Shown piece by piece: positions 10,201-20,019 of a stretch of 64,000 nt of DNA. This stretch comes from an uncultured Prevotellaceae bacterium. GTDB lineage: Bacteria; Bacteroidota; Bacteroidia; Bacteroidales; Bacteroidaceae. Within the stretch, counting starts at the first letter, position 1; each line of letters starts with the position of its first letter. Location: the NCBI GenBank assembly GCA_900315745.1, contig ONAG01000003.1, forward strand, positions 30,507 to 94,506. Direction: 5' to 3'. The translations under genes and the position numbers were made by a program. The notes under the pieces were generated by a model that was given only the letters and a program-made list of their open reading frames with translations, was not told the DNA's origin and made no database searches.

Positions 10201-10244
10201 CAAGAAATCTGGCACATTTTTTCGCTAAATATGCCAGATTCTTG
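10201..10244. repeat. Imperfect 13-14 bp inverted repeat just downstream of the 10262 stop codon
   Basis: caagaaatctggca (10201-10214) / tgccagattcttg (10232-10244). Confidence 0.6.
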
Positions 10245-10261
10245 ATGTAGGTCAAAGTTGG

Positions 10262-11914
10262 TCAATCCAAAATTATTGCAACCACAAGGGTTACATCATT
10301 CACGCCTATAGATTGGTTATCGTCCAGGTCCGCGTTCTCAATATGGAAGTTTTCATTCTCGTATCCCAAGATATATTCCACTATCATCATCACGTCGTTC
10401 ACATCCACCACACCATCGACATTCACATCCCCCAAAAGTCCTCTTGGGCGATAGTTGAGCACCACTGGTTGGCTGGGAGCACCCACATTCCCCATCGACA
10501 TGAAAGCAACATCACGGTCGGCATTTGCCTCATACTCCCTCATGGTGTCATAGTCAAAAACTTTGAAATTAACTTCCTGAGACTCCGCCGTGAGACTTCT
10601 CACTCTCATGATACCATAATCAGCGGTCTCGAAGACAGCATATCCCACACATTCGTCACCGATGAAAGCCCCTACAGCCATGTTGGAATAGTCGTCAACC
10701 CTTTCTCCGTTCTTCTCCACCACAGCATATACAGTCATGTCGTATTGGTAATCAAAAGCATTGGTGTGCCATGGAGTCCGCACGATATTGCGTGAGCCAC
10801 CAGTCCAAGTGTCATCACCATCCACCTTTATAGGCGTGGTCTCCATGCCCATTGCCACAATATTGACCTCTCCCGCCGTCTGCTTCAAGTCGGCATCCAC
10901 ATAAATGCCCCCACATCTTAACGTGTCGCCCATGGCATCCATCATTCCATCTCCAAGGGCGTAGATGTTGGTCACACCACCACTGATGTTCACGAAGCCA
11001 CCATTGAGCACGGTGGACAGTTCACTAATCCTCTTTCCTTTGATTGCCTTGCTGCCTTTTCCAGTCACCATGACATGGATGTCACCCCCTGAAATGTCAA
11101 CAGAGTAACGAGCACGTATGCCTTCACTGTCATCCCCCGTTACCGACACGTTCACCGTTCCCCCAGTCACAGCCACTATGCTGTCAGCCTTCAAGGCTGT
11201 GGCTGCGTCGCCCACATTCAGGCTCAGCGCCCCACCATTTATTCTGATGGTTCCATAGTCGTCGGTGTCGATGCCATCACTGCCCACATTGGTGATGTCC
11301 ACCGTGCCACCATCCATAAGGAAGTAGTTGTTGCCATCCCCCGGGTTGCCTTTGCCGCAATGTATGCCATCACTGACAGCGCCGAGAATGTTTATGCATC
11401 CAGTAGAACTTTTCAGTTCCATGTATTCCTTGGCGCAGATGGCATGTTTCAGCCTTCCCGTCACATTCAGAGTCCCCGACAATTTGAATTCGGGATGCCC
11501 CTTGAAATACAATGCCGCCTTTTGCGCCCCCATTGGAGAGTCTGCCAAGGAGCTAACAGTGCCTTCAACCAATTCCACGGCGACCCGCTTGCCACACTCC
11601 ACATCAATAGCCGCACCACCATGAGCGTTGGTGAGTTGCACGCCATCCAGACGTAGCGTAAACTTGTAGGAGCCATAAATGGTGAGCGAACCATCATCAG
11701 AAGAGCCAGACACATTATATATATACTCTGTTGTGGTGGTTGTGGAACTAATTACCACATTAGCCCCCGAAACGGAATAGGTGACCCCTTGCACGTCATC
11801 TGGAACAGTCACCTCTGCCGTCGTGCCATGGTATTTCACCTCCACCATGCCCTGGGCGTGCAATCCGCATACCGCCATGACCAACATCACCAAAGAAAAA
11901 ATCTTTTTCTTCAT
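10262..11914 (-). CDS. Secreted Cthe_2159-like (DUF4353) beta-helix carbohydrate-binding protein with C-terminal dockerin-like module
   Basis: Signal peptide; YxxSGSSxDGSL, LxLDGVxLTN, repeated DGIH/DGID/GGT beta-helix turns; C-terminal GDVNVDGVVDVNDV...ADLDDNQSIGVNDV tandem EF-hand pair (10262-10432). Confidence 0.75.
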   Translation of the reverse strand: MKKKIFSLVMLVMAVCGLHAQGMVEVKYHGTTAEVTVPDDVQGVTYSVSGANVVISSTTTTTEYIYNVSGSSDDGSLTIYGSYKFTLRLDGVQLTNAHGGAAIDVECGKRVAVELVEGTVSSLADSPMGAQKAALYFKGHPEFKLSGTLNVTGRLKHAICAKEYMELKSSTGCINILGAVSDGIHCGKGNPGDGNNYFLMDGGTVDITNVGSDGIDTDDYGTIRINGGALSLNVGDAATALKADSIVAVTGGTVNVSVTGDDSEGIRARYSVDISGGDIHVMVTGKGSKAIKGKRISELSTVLNGGFVNISGGVTNIYALGDGMMDAMGDTLRCGGIYVDADLKQTAGEVNIVAMGMETTPIKVDGDDTWTGGSRNIVRTPWHTNAFDYQYDMTVYAVVEKNGERVDDYSNMAVGAFIGDECVGYAVFETADYGIMRVRSLTAESQEVNFKVFDYDTMREYEANADRDVAFMSMGNVGAPSQPVVLNYRPRGLLGDVNVDGVVDVNDVMMIVEYILGYENENFHIENADLDDNQSIGVNDVTLVVAIILD

Positions 11915-11926
11915 TATTGGAAGTTT

Positions 11927-14900
11927 TTATTTAATATTTACCTTTCTACAAGTGCCATCTGCAAATTTCACCACATAAAGTCCAGAGGGCAGGTCTTTTG
12001 AGCGAGAAGAGACCTTCACGCCACCAATGCTGTAGAATCCCTCGATGGTAGAGTCCGCGCCATTGGCAATGTCTGCAAGTCCTGTAGGCACGTTTTCACC
12101 CTCCACCATCTCGCCTATGGCAAGCACGCATGGAGACGACATGCTGCCTTTCACCATTGGTTGGAAAGCAAAGCGTTCAGCTATCTCATACATAGAGCCA
12201 TCCATCTGGTCGAGAGCTCTGAAATACAGGTCTTCCCCTCCCTCGCCATAAATAGTGACGAAGCCAAGGTCATCGACCCATTTGCCGGCACCTCTACACA
12301 CGTCGTCGGAATAAGCCACGATGATGAATCGCCCCGACTCCACAGGCACTCCGTCCTTCTCAAGCACAGCCACCATGCCCATCACATTAGGATAAGCGTG
12401 CTTGTCCACTCCAAATTGTCGTTCCATGAGTCCGCTTCTCCGAGCCTTGTTGATGTTCACAGGCACCATCGGACTTGCAAACCTCAATATTTTCGCCCTA
12501 TTGGTGAAGAGCAGGTATCCATGTCCTGTCTCCATTGCGTTCAAGGAACCGGTCCACGTTCCATCAGCAAAGATGGAGAAGCCATCCTGACCCACTATCT
12601 GGTCGCCATCATCGGCAGGATAGTCAGCAAGAGCCGCTGCAAGAGTCTGAGTCCCATCCACAGGATAGCCTATCCAGTTCCACCCGGGGAGGAGAGCGAT
12701 AGGCATGTCGCTCCTGCACGAAGCCACATCGCTGGTGAACAAGTCTGCGTCGTCCATCTTCACCTTGTACAAATTGCCTGCTGCCATGCTCTTGAGCGAG
12801 CCCACCATTCCGTAAGTGGCATCGAGGAAAGCCTCCTTGTCATGTCCCACTATTCTTGCGGCCTTGTTGGAGAATTTGCCAACAGCGACATCCTCCGACA
12901 AGTTGTGCGACACCCAGTTCCATCCTTTAGCCAAGTTGAGGGCAAACGGACTATCGCTGAGCATCAAGTTCTGGTCCTCTCCCACCAAAGAGTCGCAAGA
13001 GAGAATGGTGTTTGTGCGCTCTATAGTTGGTTTCGACATCTTATAGAAATACCGTCCACCGTCAGGATAGCGCCCCACCGTCTGGTCGCCCCCATGTGCG
13101 ATGTAGGTCATTCCCTCCACGAAGGAGCGCATGGCAGGATGAGAGGCGAAGTAATGGCTGTTGCGTGCCACGAAGTCATCGCTGCTGCTTACCAACACCA
13201 TGTTGCCATCAACATTTGCCAACTTGAAATTGGTGTGTATCTGCGAGATGCTTTCCAATTTGTCCGCCCATACTATCAAGTGTCCACCAGCCGGTATGAT
13301 GGTATTCACCACACCGTTGCCCTCAGGGATTTGGTATTTCAGTGGTTGGTCGATATCGTCGCTAACATAAAGTCCAGCCACATCGAGGGACTCGTCGGTG
13401 TTGTTGAAGAGTTCGAACCAGTCGTTTTTCTTCATCCAGTCATTCACATACACGCTGTTGCCGGCACTCACTTCGTTCACCTTGACAGGCGTGGCGATGT
13501 CCCTCACCAAATCGGCATCAGAAGCCATCGCCTTGAAAGAAGCCACGAGCGTGAGATTGCCTTTCGTGGAGATGTCAAAATCCTTTTCAGAGGACACAAC
13601 GCCTCCATTTTCGTCGAGCCATCCCTGGAAGACATACCCTTCAGGAGCAGATGCCGTGAGGACCATTGGTGCGAACAGCGTACCATCGAATCTACCCGTG
13701 GGCACATCCAGTCCGTTCACCTGCAAAGAAGCGGTATTTATGTTGGAAGACAACTTCACTCGCTGTCCTGCCGTATTCAGTTGCGCGAGGTTCCAGTTTT
13801 CCAGTCCATTCATCATGGTGTTGCGCCTTGTCTCTGTTAGCACCCCTTTCATATACCCTGCCGTAGGTTCAGTGGACAGACCCTCAAGAGCCAGTGCCGG
13901 GTTCATCTCGTCGGACATGCGGTTGATGATTTCCGCACAGCGACCAGGTTCAAACACGCTTCCCCCCACCAGGCAGAAGGTGTCGATAAATTGCTTTCGG
14001 AAGGTATCGTTTTGCATCATGTTGAGGAATATCGATACCAGAGGGCAGTTGCCACTATTAGCTATGTGTGTGAAAGCATAAGCGTCGAAGCGCAAAGCCT
14101 GGTCGATGTCGAAGAGCACAATATGGAATTTCCCATCATTCCCCTTGAATGCCTTGCAATTGTTTCCTGGCCAGTCGTCGCCACCAAGGAATATCTGTGT
14201 TGCCATGTAGTTGATGAACTCGTCGATGTCAACCAAGTCGCATATTTGCTTGTAGGTACTTTCCTGAGCAGCCGAAGCAGACAGTTCCCTCCATCTGTTG
14301 AAAGCGTCAAGATTGCCCACCTTCAGGTCTATGCCCCCACCAAGTTCCATTTGGTCCATCAAGTCGGTGTCGATGCCGTAGTTGGAGTATGCGAAATGTT
14401 TGTTGCTTGGCTCTCGCATGTTGAGCATTCCCGTATATTGTCCGTTGATGAAGCCATGCACAGGCATGTAGTCCTGGCAGTCGAGATGGAAACCACTGGA
14501 GATGATGATGTGTTGCAGCGAGGCATCCTTTATGCGGCACAAGAGGTCGTTGCCGCCATTTCTCACTTGCAGCACCTTGTGTTTGAGATATGGTTTGTTT
14601 CCAAAGAAAGGATAATCCATATAGTTGAGGTTTTCGTACACCTTCTGTGCATTCAACTTGAAGTTGTAAGGATACCACGAGCGGCTCCAACCACCAAAAC
14701 GAGACATATCGACTTCCTGGCTGTAAGTTTCGCCTTTGTTACCGTCGATATAGTCGAAATTGGCGGGGCGATCCCATTCCATGTTCCAGTTGCAATTGAA
14801 GTTGATGCCACTTCCCGTAATTCCGTTTGTGCCGGTGACCAATATGCCCATTTTGTCATCGTAGAGGTTGACAGGAGCAGACACCACCGAAAGGACAGGC

Positions 14901-17662
14901 AGCATGTAGTCCTTGTCGTTGTAAATATAGGAGCATGTCTTCACCGCACTTGGCAACATACCCTGTTTGAACAGTCTCAGTCGCAGAATGGTGGTTTTGT
15001 TCACCTCAAAGGTGCCGTCGCTGCTCACCATCCCGTTTGTTTCCGTTGGTGTGGAGCCGTCAGTAGTATAATACAACGTCGCCCCTTGTGGAATGTCCAC
15101 ATTCATAGTGAACGCCCCCTTGAAGAGTTGCGACTCATGGCTTACCACGGGCATTTCCAATCGTGTATAATTCGAAGCATTTATGAACACCTTGCAATAA
15201 GCATTGCTTTTCCCTGGCGTGGGATACGCCGTAATTGCCCATCCGTCGTGACCGTCGATGATTCTTGTATATGACGTACGTGTCACGGCAGGTGGATACG
15301 TCTCACTTGCTATGACATTGCCATTGGCATCGCTTAGGTAAATAGTTCCTCCGTCCATGTCGAGCTTGAAGTCCACTTGCCCGTCGTATGTCTCACGGTG
15401 GTCGAACCATATCAGTCCGAAGCCTTTAGCAGGCACAGCCCCACTTTTTGATGTAAGGCGGCATTTCAGAAGATTGGAGGCATCATCGCTAACATAAAGG
15501 TTTCTCAACGATACACCTTTGTCTGAAGGATTGTATAGTTCGATATATCCTCCGTAGTTGTATGACGGGTCAACAAACATATCTGTGTTCGACACTTGTA
15601 TCTCATTTATTTTCAATGAATACACGTTAGGATATCCATTCCCTACGGTAATGGGAATGAAAGCCATCAACGTCCCACCGTCAGCACCGCATGCCCTCAC
15701 GGTGATGGTGGCGCTTCCCTCACCTCGTGCCGTCAACAACCCATTGGCATCCACCTCAACAACCGAAGTGTTGGATGATGACCATAGGAGCGTAGTATCC
15801 GAAGCCTCTGCCGGCATCACCTTGGCGCTCAACTGTCTCTTTTCATAGACAACCATGTCGATGGTATTCCTATCCACATTGATTCCTTCCACATAGACAA
15901 GACTGTCCTTTCCAAGATATTCGAGTCTGAAGTTGTCCCAACAAGCCCAGTCGTATTTGTACCCCAATGATTTTTTCACTCCCACGGTCAGCGTGCCATC
16001 AGTGACAGGCACAAGCAGTTCCACAGGATATTCTCCATTGCTGAACGCCTCTGTCGCCCCACCTTGAGTGTTGGGCACCCATCCCAATTCTGTTTCGTAG
16101 TCGTCGGTATGTGTCTTTTCTTCGTGAGCGTAGTCAAAAGGAGAAGGCAGACCAACGGCAACGCGGTTTCCATACAGCATGGCGAGGTGTTTCTCCAATC
16201 CTAATTTTCTGCTTATCACAGCATACGGTATGGTGTACATGGCATACATGTTGTTGGCATCGTTTTCCTCCCATCCTCCACCATAATAAGACTTGTGTTG
16301 CTCCTCTTTATAGTCGCCATATCTATAAAAGCCCTGGGCTTTCAGACGATACCAGCCATTTGGCAGACCATTGATTTTTTGGTTTACATCAAACGTAGTG
16401 TTGTATTTCTCGGCATTGGTGTTGTATCCCCATCCACCGATGACAGGTGCCCCCGCCCACCCGCTCGTATTTTGGAACTGAGGATTGACAATCTTTGATG
16501 TCATGTCGATGGGATTGTCGAAGGAAGCATTGTCATAGTCCGTATTGCCATTTCCTCCGCTCACGTCATAGTCACTATTGTCACCGAGAGCCAGCAGAGT
16601 GAGTTCGAAGTTGTCCCAAATGGTCCAGTCGCAGCCATCCTGCCGTGTCTTCCTCACGCCAATGGTGAGATGGTGGTCGGTGACATTGACCACCACCTGG
16701 TTGTCGGTATAAAGTCCAGCCGAGAAGGCGTTGGCGGCTTCGGTCATGGAGAAGGGAAGATCTGAATTTCCTCCTTCCAGCCCCAGTTGTATCATATGCT
16801 CCCTCTCACTTACAATACTTTGCAAGGAAGTCTCCACATCGTTGGCATAAAGTTTTGAATACAGTTGTTCCATTCCCCATTGATGTGTTTGCACTGCCAC
16901 GCTGTTGGTGTTGCGATTTGTATTGTTATACCGATAGAAGCCTTGTATCTTGAGACGATACTGTCCATTAGGCACATTCTCCAAAGTCTGATTAACGTCG
17001 AAATTGGTGTTCCACACCTCGGCGCAAAAGTTACCATTGCCATTGCCGCCTGCCTCACCACCAACAGCGAATCCACTTCCTTCCCAATTGTTAGGTCCGA
17101 AATTACGGTCGAATCGAGGGTTGGAAATCAAGAAAGTGGCATCCACGGCATGATTGGCTGAGAGCATGCCTGTGAGCATCTGCTCTCGTGTGAGGAACTC
17201 CCACTGTGCGGCATCGCTTGCAGGGTTTTGCAAGTTGGTGGCGACAATTTTCGAACCATCATATCCCACATATCCCCCATTGGGATTGGGCATGACGTAG
17301 AAGCCATCCTGTCCGGCACGAATAGCCCATGCCTCACTACTCCTATCGAGATACAAATAGCCATTGTCCCACCCCAAGCATCTGTCTCCAGCCTCGCCAA
17401 AGCCAGTAAAAATATAGTAGGAACCCGATGCTGCCGCCTCAATGGTCATGGCAAGAGCATGTTCGCTCAAAACTGCCTGAGTACCCCACAAGGCGCCGGC
17501 ATTGAGATAAAGTCCCGAGGCTTTATTTCGCAAATAATATTCGCCCCTTTTCAATGTGTTCTGAGACAGGGCGTACACACTGCAAAGACTGAATATGAAT
17601 GACAACAGCAGCAACCGGCTGCACATAAGACGTTTAATCATTTTCATATAAGGTGTTTTCAA
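11927..17662 (-). CDS. 1911-aa secreted modular CotH-family kinase protein (lectin-like + 2 NPxF modules + Big_2 + lamin-tail + FN3-associated + CotH + lamin-tail + T9SS-like tail)
   Basis: INEIQVSN/YIELYNP and VNEVSAGN/WFELFN lamin-tail motifs; IYYTTDGSTP-type YYTTDGSTP; DEFINYM...DWPGNN...LFDID CotH motifs; C-terminal GFYSIGG...GLYVVK. Start may be at 17647 or 17641. Confidence 0.75.
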   Translation of the reverse strand: MKTPYMKMIKRLMCSRLLLLSFIFSLCSVYALSQNTLKRGEYYLRNKASGLYLNAGALWGTQAVLSEHALAMTIEAAASGSYYIFTGFGEAGDRCLGWDNGYLYLDRSSEAWAIRAGQDGFYVMPNPNGGYVGYDGSKIVATNLQNPASDAAQWEFLTREQMLTGMLSANHAVDATFLISNPRFDRNFGPNNWEGSGFAVGGEAGGNGNGNFCAEVWNTNFDVNQTLENVPNGQYRLKIQGFYRYNNTNRNTNSVAVQTHQWGMEQLYSKLYANDVETSLQSIVSEREHMIQLGLEGGNSDLPFSMTEAANAFSAGLYTDNQVVVNVTDHHLTIGVRKTRQDGCDWTIWDNFELTLLALGDNSDYDVSGGNGNTDYDNASFDNPIDMTSKIVNPQFQNTSGWAGAPVIGGWGYNTNAEKYNTTFDVNQKINGLPNGWYRLKAQGFYRYGDYKEEQHKSYYGGGWEENDANNMYAMYTIPYAVISRKLGLEKHLAMLYGNRVAVGLPSPFDYAHEEKTHTDDYETELGWVPNTQGGATEAFSNGEYPVELLVPVTDGTLTVGVKKSLGYKYDWACWDNFRLEYLGKDSLVYVEGINVDRNTIDMVVYEKRQLSAKVMPAEASDTTLLWSSSNTSVVEVDANGLLTARGEGSATITVRACGADGGTLMAFIPITVGNGYPNVYSLKINEIQVSNTDMFVDPSYNYGGYIELYNPSDKGVSLRNLYVSDDASNLLKCRLTSKSGAVPAKGFGLIWFDHRETYDGQVDFKLDMDGGTIYLSDANGNVIASETYPPAVTRTSYTRIIDGHDGWAITAYPTPGKSNAYCKVFINASNYTRLEMPVVSHESQLFKGAFTMNVDIPQGATLYYTTDGSTPTETNGMVSSDGTFEVNKTTILRLRLFKQGMLPSAVKTCSYIYNDKDYMLPVLSVVSAPVNLYDDKMGILVTGTNGITGSGINFNCNWNMEWDRPANFDYIDGNKGETYSQEVDMSRFGGWSRSWYPYNFKLNAQKVYENLNYMDYPFFGNKPYLKHKVLQVRNGGNDLLCRIKDASLQHIIISSGFHLDCQDYMPVHGFINGQYTGMLNMREPSNKHFAYSNYGIDTDLMDQMELGGGIDLKVGNLDAFNRWRELSASAAQESTYKQICDLVDIDEFINYMATQIFLGGDDWPGNNCKAFKGNDGKFHIVLFDIDQALRFDAYAFTHIANSGNCPLVSIFLNMMQNDTFRKQFIDTFCLVGGSVFEPGRCAEIINRMSDEMNPALALEGLSTEPTAGYMKGVLTETRRNTMMNGLENWNLAQLNTAGQRVKLSSNINTASLQVNGLDVPTGRFDGTLFAPMVLTASAPEGYVFQGWLDENGGVVSSEKDFDISTKGNLTLVASFKAMASDADLVRDIATPVKVNEVSAGNSVYVNDWMKKNDWFELFNNTDESLDVAGLYVSDDIDQPLKYQIPEGNGVVNTIIPAGGHLIVWADKLESISQIHTNFKLANVDGNMVLVSSSDDFVARNSHYFASHPAMRSFVEGMTYIAHGGDQTVGRYPDGGRYFYKMSKPTIERTNTILSCDSLVGEDQNLMLSDSPFALNLAKGWNWVSHNLSEDVAVGKFSNKAARIVGHDKEAFLDATYGMVGSLKSMAAGNLYKVKMDDADLFTSDVASCRSDMPIALLPGWNWIGYPVDGTQTLAAALADYPADDGDQIVGQDGFSIFADGTWTGSLNAMETGHGYLLFTNRAKILRFASPMVPVNINKARRSGLMERQFGVDKHAYPNVMGMVAVLEKDGVPVESGRFIIVAYSDDVCRGAGKWVDDLGFVTIYGEGGEDLYFRALDQMDGSMYEIAERFAFQPMVKGSMSSPCVLAIGEMVEGENVPTGLADIANGADSTIEGFYSIGGVKVSSRSKDLPSGLYVVKFADGTCRKVNIK

Positions 17663-17721
17663 TATGACGGATAATGATTGTTTTTGTCATATCAAGAAAA
17701 CTTCTAATTTGGGGTAGAGGG

Positions 17722-17766
17722 ATCGGAATAATAGGAATAATCGGAGTACTCGGAATACTCTGAGGT
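17722..17766. repeat. 9-nt imperfect tandem array (ATCGGAGTA family)
   Basis: atcggaata ataggaata atcggagta ctcggaata ctctgaggt. Confidence 0.7.
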
Positions 17767-17776
17767 GGCAGGCAAC

Positions 17777-17808
17777 AAAAAAGCCCGATGCTGGCTCAAG
17801 CATCGGGC
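17777..17808 (-). terminator. Intrinsic terminator of the 17859-18350 gene
   Basis: gcccgatgct / agcatcgggc 10-bp stem followed by a U6 tract on the minus strand. Confidence 0.85.
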
Positions 17809-17858
17809 GAGTGTTGTAATAATGATTTAATAAATCTGCTCGGAAAAATCTATTTCTG

Positions 17859-18350
17859 TCATTTTGTCTGACCGAGATAACTGGAGACATTTGACTTGAC
17901 GATGTTCTGACCTTCATAGAAGCTGGTTTCCATTAGGTTGTGACCACCCTGATAGCTGGTGAACACGTCTGGCTGATTCACGAAGAACTGTCCCTCATTG
18001 TATCGGTCGTTGACAGCCAATGTCCAACCTTCGGCTTTGCATGTGAAGGGCTTGTTGAACCAATCGCAGGTGAGGTATTGGTTGTATTGCCAGTCGGAGA
18101 GCACCAGTTTCATGTCGCGGTTACGAATTTCCCACATGTAGCCGAACATATCTGACTCATCTTCAACGTTGAGCAAGTAGTCGAGGTTTATCTCATACAC
18201 TGCATCAAGCTGTGATTCTGTCAAGTTGAGTTCGTAAGCCATCTTGTCACTGAGGAACAGGGCTTTGTTGCTTGCTTCTGTATATGGCATTGCTGAACTT
18301 GTGAGTGCAACCATCATCATTGCTACCATTATTGAAATCTTTGTTTTCAT
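17859..18350 (-). CDS. Conserved Prevotella-type secreted hypothetical protein
   Basis: Signal peptide followed by ALFLSDKMAYELNLTESQLDAVYEINLDYL, a motif I recognise from Prevotella hypothetical proteins. Confidence 0.7.
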   Translation of the reverse strand: MKTKISIMVAMMMVALTSSAMPYTEASNKALFLSDKMAYELNLTESQLDAVYEINLDYLLNVEDESDMFGYMWEIRNRDMKLVLSDWQYNQYLTCDWFNKPFTCKAEGWTLAVNDRYNEGQFFVNQPDVFTSYQGGHNLMETSFYEGQNIVKSNVSSYLGQTK

Positions 18351-18435
18351 TTTTGAATTCTTTTTTATGTTTTACTTTTTGTTTTTTTATCTCTTTTTTG
18401 TGTGACAGGCTCGCCTGTCTTTGTTTTTTCTGGTG

Positions 18436-18443
18436 CAAAAGTA
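18436..18443 (-). promoter_or_regulatory. -7 promoter box
   Basis: TACTTTTGCACC on minus strand. Confidence 0.65.
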
Positions 18444-18591
18444 ATGCGGTTTTGATGGCGCATAATGATTTTTCTTGATTTTCGCTTAAAAAGCGTGCGA
18501 CAAGCAACGGATTTTACGACAGATGGCGCTCATACCCCCAAAACCTGTCGCAAAAGAGGCGCAGATGAGGGGAAAGAAGGGGGAGAGGGGG

Positions 18592-18729
18592 ATAGATGCT
18601 ATAGAAACTATAGATGCTATAGAAGCTATAGATGCTATAGATGCAATAGGGGGGATAGATGCTATAGAAGCTATAGATATAAAAAGAAACTCTATAGAAT
18701 CTATAGAAGGCTATAGACACTATAGAGCT
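18592..18729. repeat. About 13 copies of a 9-nt unit ATAGA(T/A)GCT creating repeated CTATAG palindromes
   Basis: atagatgct atagaaact atagatgct atagaagct atagatgct ... Confidence 0.85.
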
Positions 18730-18750
18730 GTATTGAGATAGCAAAGAACT

Positions 18751-18819
18751 CTTGCTATCAGTTTTTTGCTATTAGCTTTTTACTATTAGCTTTTTGCTAA
18801 CTGTTTTTTTGCTATTAGT
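18751..18819. repeat. 14-15 nt imperfect tandem repeat (TTGCTATTAGCTTT) at the ilvC 3' end
   Basis: Five copies read directly; also gatagcaa/ttgctatc hairpin at about 18737-18759. Confidence 0.65.
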
Positions 18820-19858
18820 TGTTCTCGGGGCGCAGTTTGCGGACGGTCTCACCGGCTCTCCACATCTCCATGTTGCGCATTGCCTCAAGTTCTTTTTCGA
18901 GTCCTGCACGATAATCCTCCTTTGAGTTGGAGTCGATGGAAATCTGAGCCTCCTTGCCTGTTTGCACGGAGAGATACAGCCATTCCATCACCGGTTTGAT
19001 GGCCTGCTTGAACCGTGGTGCCCAGTCGAGAGCTCCACGCTGAGCTGTTGTAGAGCAGTTGGCATACATCCAGTCCATACCTTTCTGTCCGAAGAGCGGG
19101 CCAAGGCTTTGTGTTAGTTCCTCCACCGTCTCGTTGAAAGCCTCAGAAGGCGAGTGTCCATGTTCGCGCAGCACCTCGTACTGAGCTTCGAGCAGTCCTT
19201 CGATGGCTCCCATGAGCGAACCACGCTCACCCGTGAGGTCTGAAGTTGCCTCACGCTCGAAAGTGGTCTTGAAGAGATATCCAGCACCTATGCCGATTCC
19301 GAAAGCGATGGTGCGTTCCTCAGCCTTGCCAGTAGCATCTTGATAAACGGCGTAGGAACAGTTGAGTCCACGTCCTTCGAGGAACATGGTGCGCAGTGAT
19401 GTACCCGAGCCTTTAGGAGCCACGAGGATGACATCCACATCCTCTGGTGGCACAACACCTGTGCGGTCGCTCCAATTGATGGCGAAGCCATGAGAATAAT
19501 ACAGAGCCTTGCCAGGTGTGAGATGTGGCTTGATTTTTGGCCAAGCCTGAATTTGTCCTGCATCAGAAAGGAGCATGCACACGATGGTACCCTTCTCTGC
19601 AGCCTCCTCTATGGAGAAAAGAGTCTTGCCAGGCACCCATCCGTCAGCCACAGCCTTCTCGTATGTCTTGCCAGGACGCTGTCCCACGATAACATTGAAA
19701 CCATTGTCGCGCAGGTTGCAAGCCTGGCCTGGTCCCTGAATGCCATAGCCAATTACGGCTATAGTCTCATCTTTAAGTACTTCACGTGCTTTCTCCAAAG
19801 AGAACTCCTTGCTGGTGACAACAGTCTCGATCACGCCACCAAAATTCATTTCTGCCAT
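18815..19858 (-). CDS. ilvC: Ketol-acid reductoisomerase
   Basis: VIGYGIQGPGQ, SHGF, VAPKGSG, SDLTGERGSLMG, EAFNETVEE. Confidence 0.96.
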   Translation of the reverse strand: MAEMNFGGVIETVVTSKEFSLEKAREVLKDETIAVIGYGIQGPGQACNLRDNGFNVIVGQRPGKTYEKAVADGWVPGKTLFSIEEAAEKGTIVCMLLSDAGQIQAWPKIKPHLTPGKALYYSHGFAINWSDRTGVVPPEDVDVILVAPKGSGTSLRTMFLEGRGLNCSYAVYQDATGKAEERTIAFGIGIGAGYLFKTTFEREATSDLTGERGSLMGAIEGLLEAQYEVLREHGHSPSEAFNETVEELTQSLGPLFGQKGMDWMYANCSTTAQRGALDWAPRFKQAIKPVMEWLYLSVQTGKEAQISIDSNSKEDYRAGLEKELEAMRNMEMWRAGETVRKLRPENN

Positions 19859-19971
19859 AAACGTTTTTCTTATAAACAAACAGGCGACAAGCAGCCAATT
19901 CTTTCAGCCCCTTTCCATCCTGCCTGATGTTGATGATATAATGTATTAGTAAATTGTCGTAAAAAACGCCG

Positions 19972-19979
19972 CAAAGTTA
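19972..19979 (-). promoter_or_regulatory. Internal -7 promoter box for ilvC
   Basis: TAACTTTGCGG on minus strand. Confidence 0.6.
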
Positions 19980-20019
19980 CGAATTAAAAGCGAAACAGCC
20001 AAAAATACTTTCAATCTTG

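Noticed and set aside
12161-15274. Long antisense ORFs (559 aa and 427 aa) inside the CotH gene, and similar shadow ORFs over ald, ffh, vorB and ilvB
   Set aside because: No recognisable motifs; these are the expected by-product of GC3-biased coding on the opposite strand
18592-18729. Tandem arrays as possible CRISPR
   Set aside because: Units are 9-15 nt, there are no unique spacers, and no cas genes are present
18523-18741. 72-aa ORF with IDAIEAIDA repeats
   Set aside because: The frame is held open by the 9-nt intergenic array; no promoter or initiation context
19880-19960. Leu/Ile-rich frame (NLLIHYIINI) upstream of ilvC as an attenuator leader
   Set aside because: No ATG/GTG/TTG start before the Ile run and no terminator
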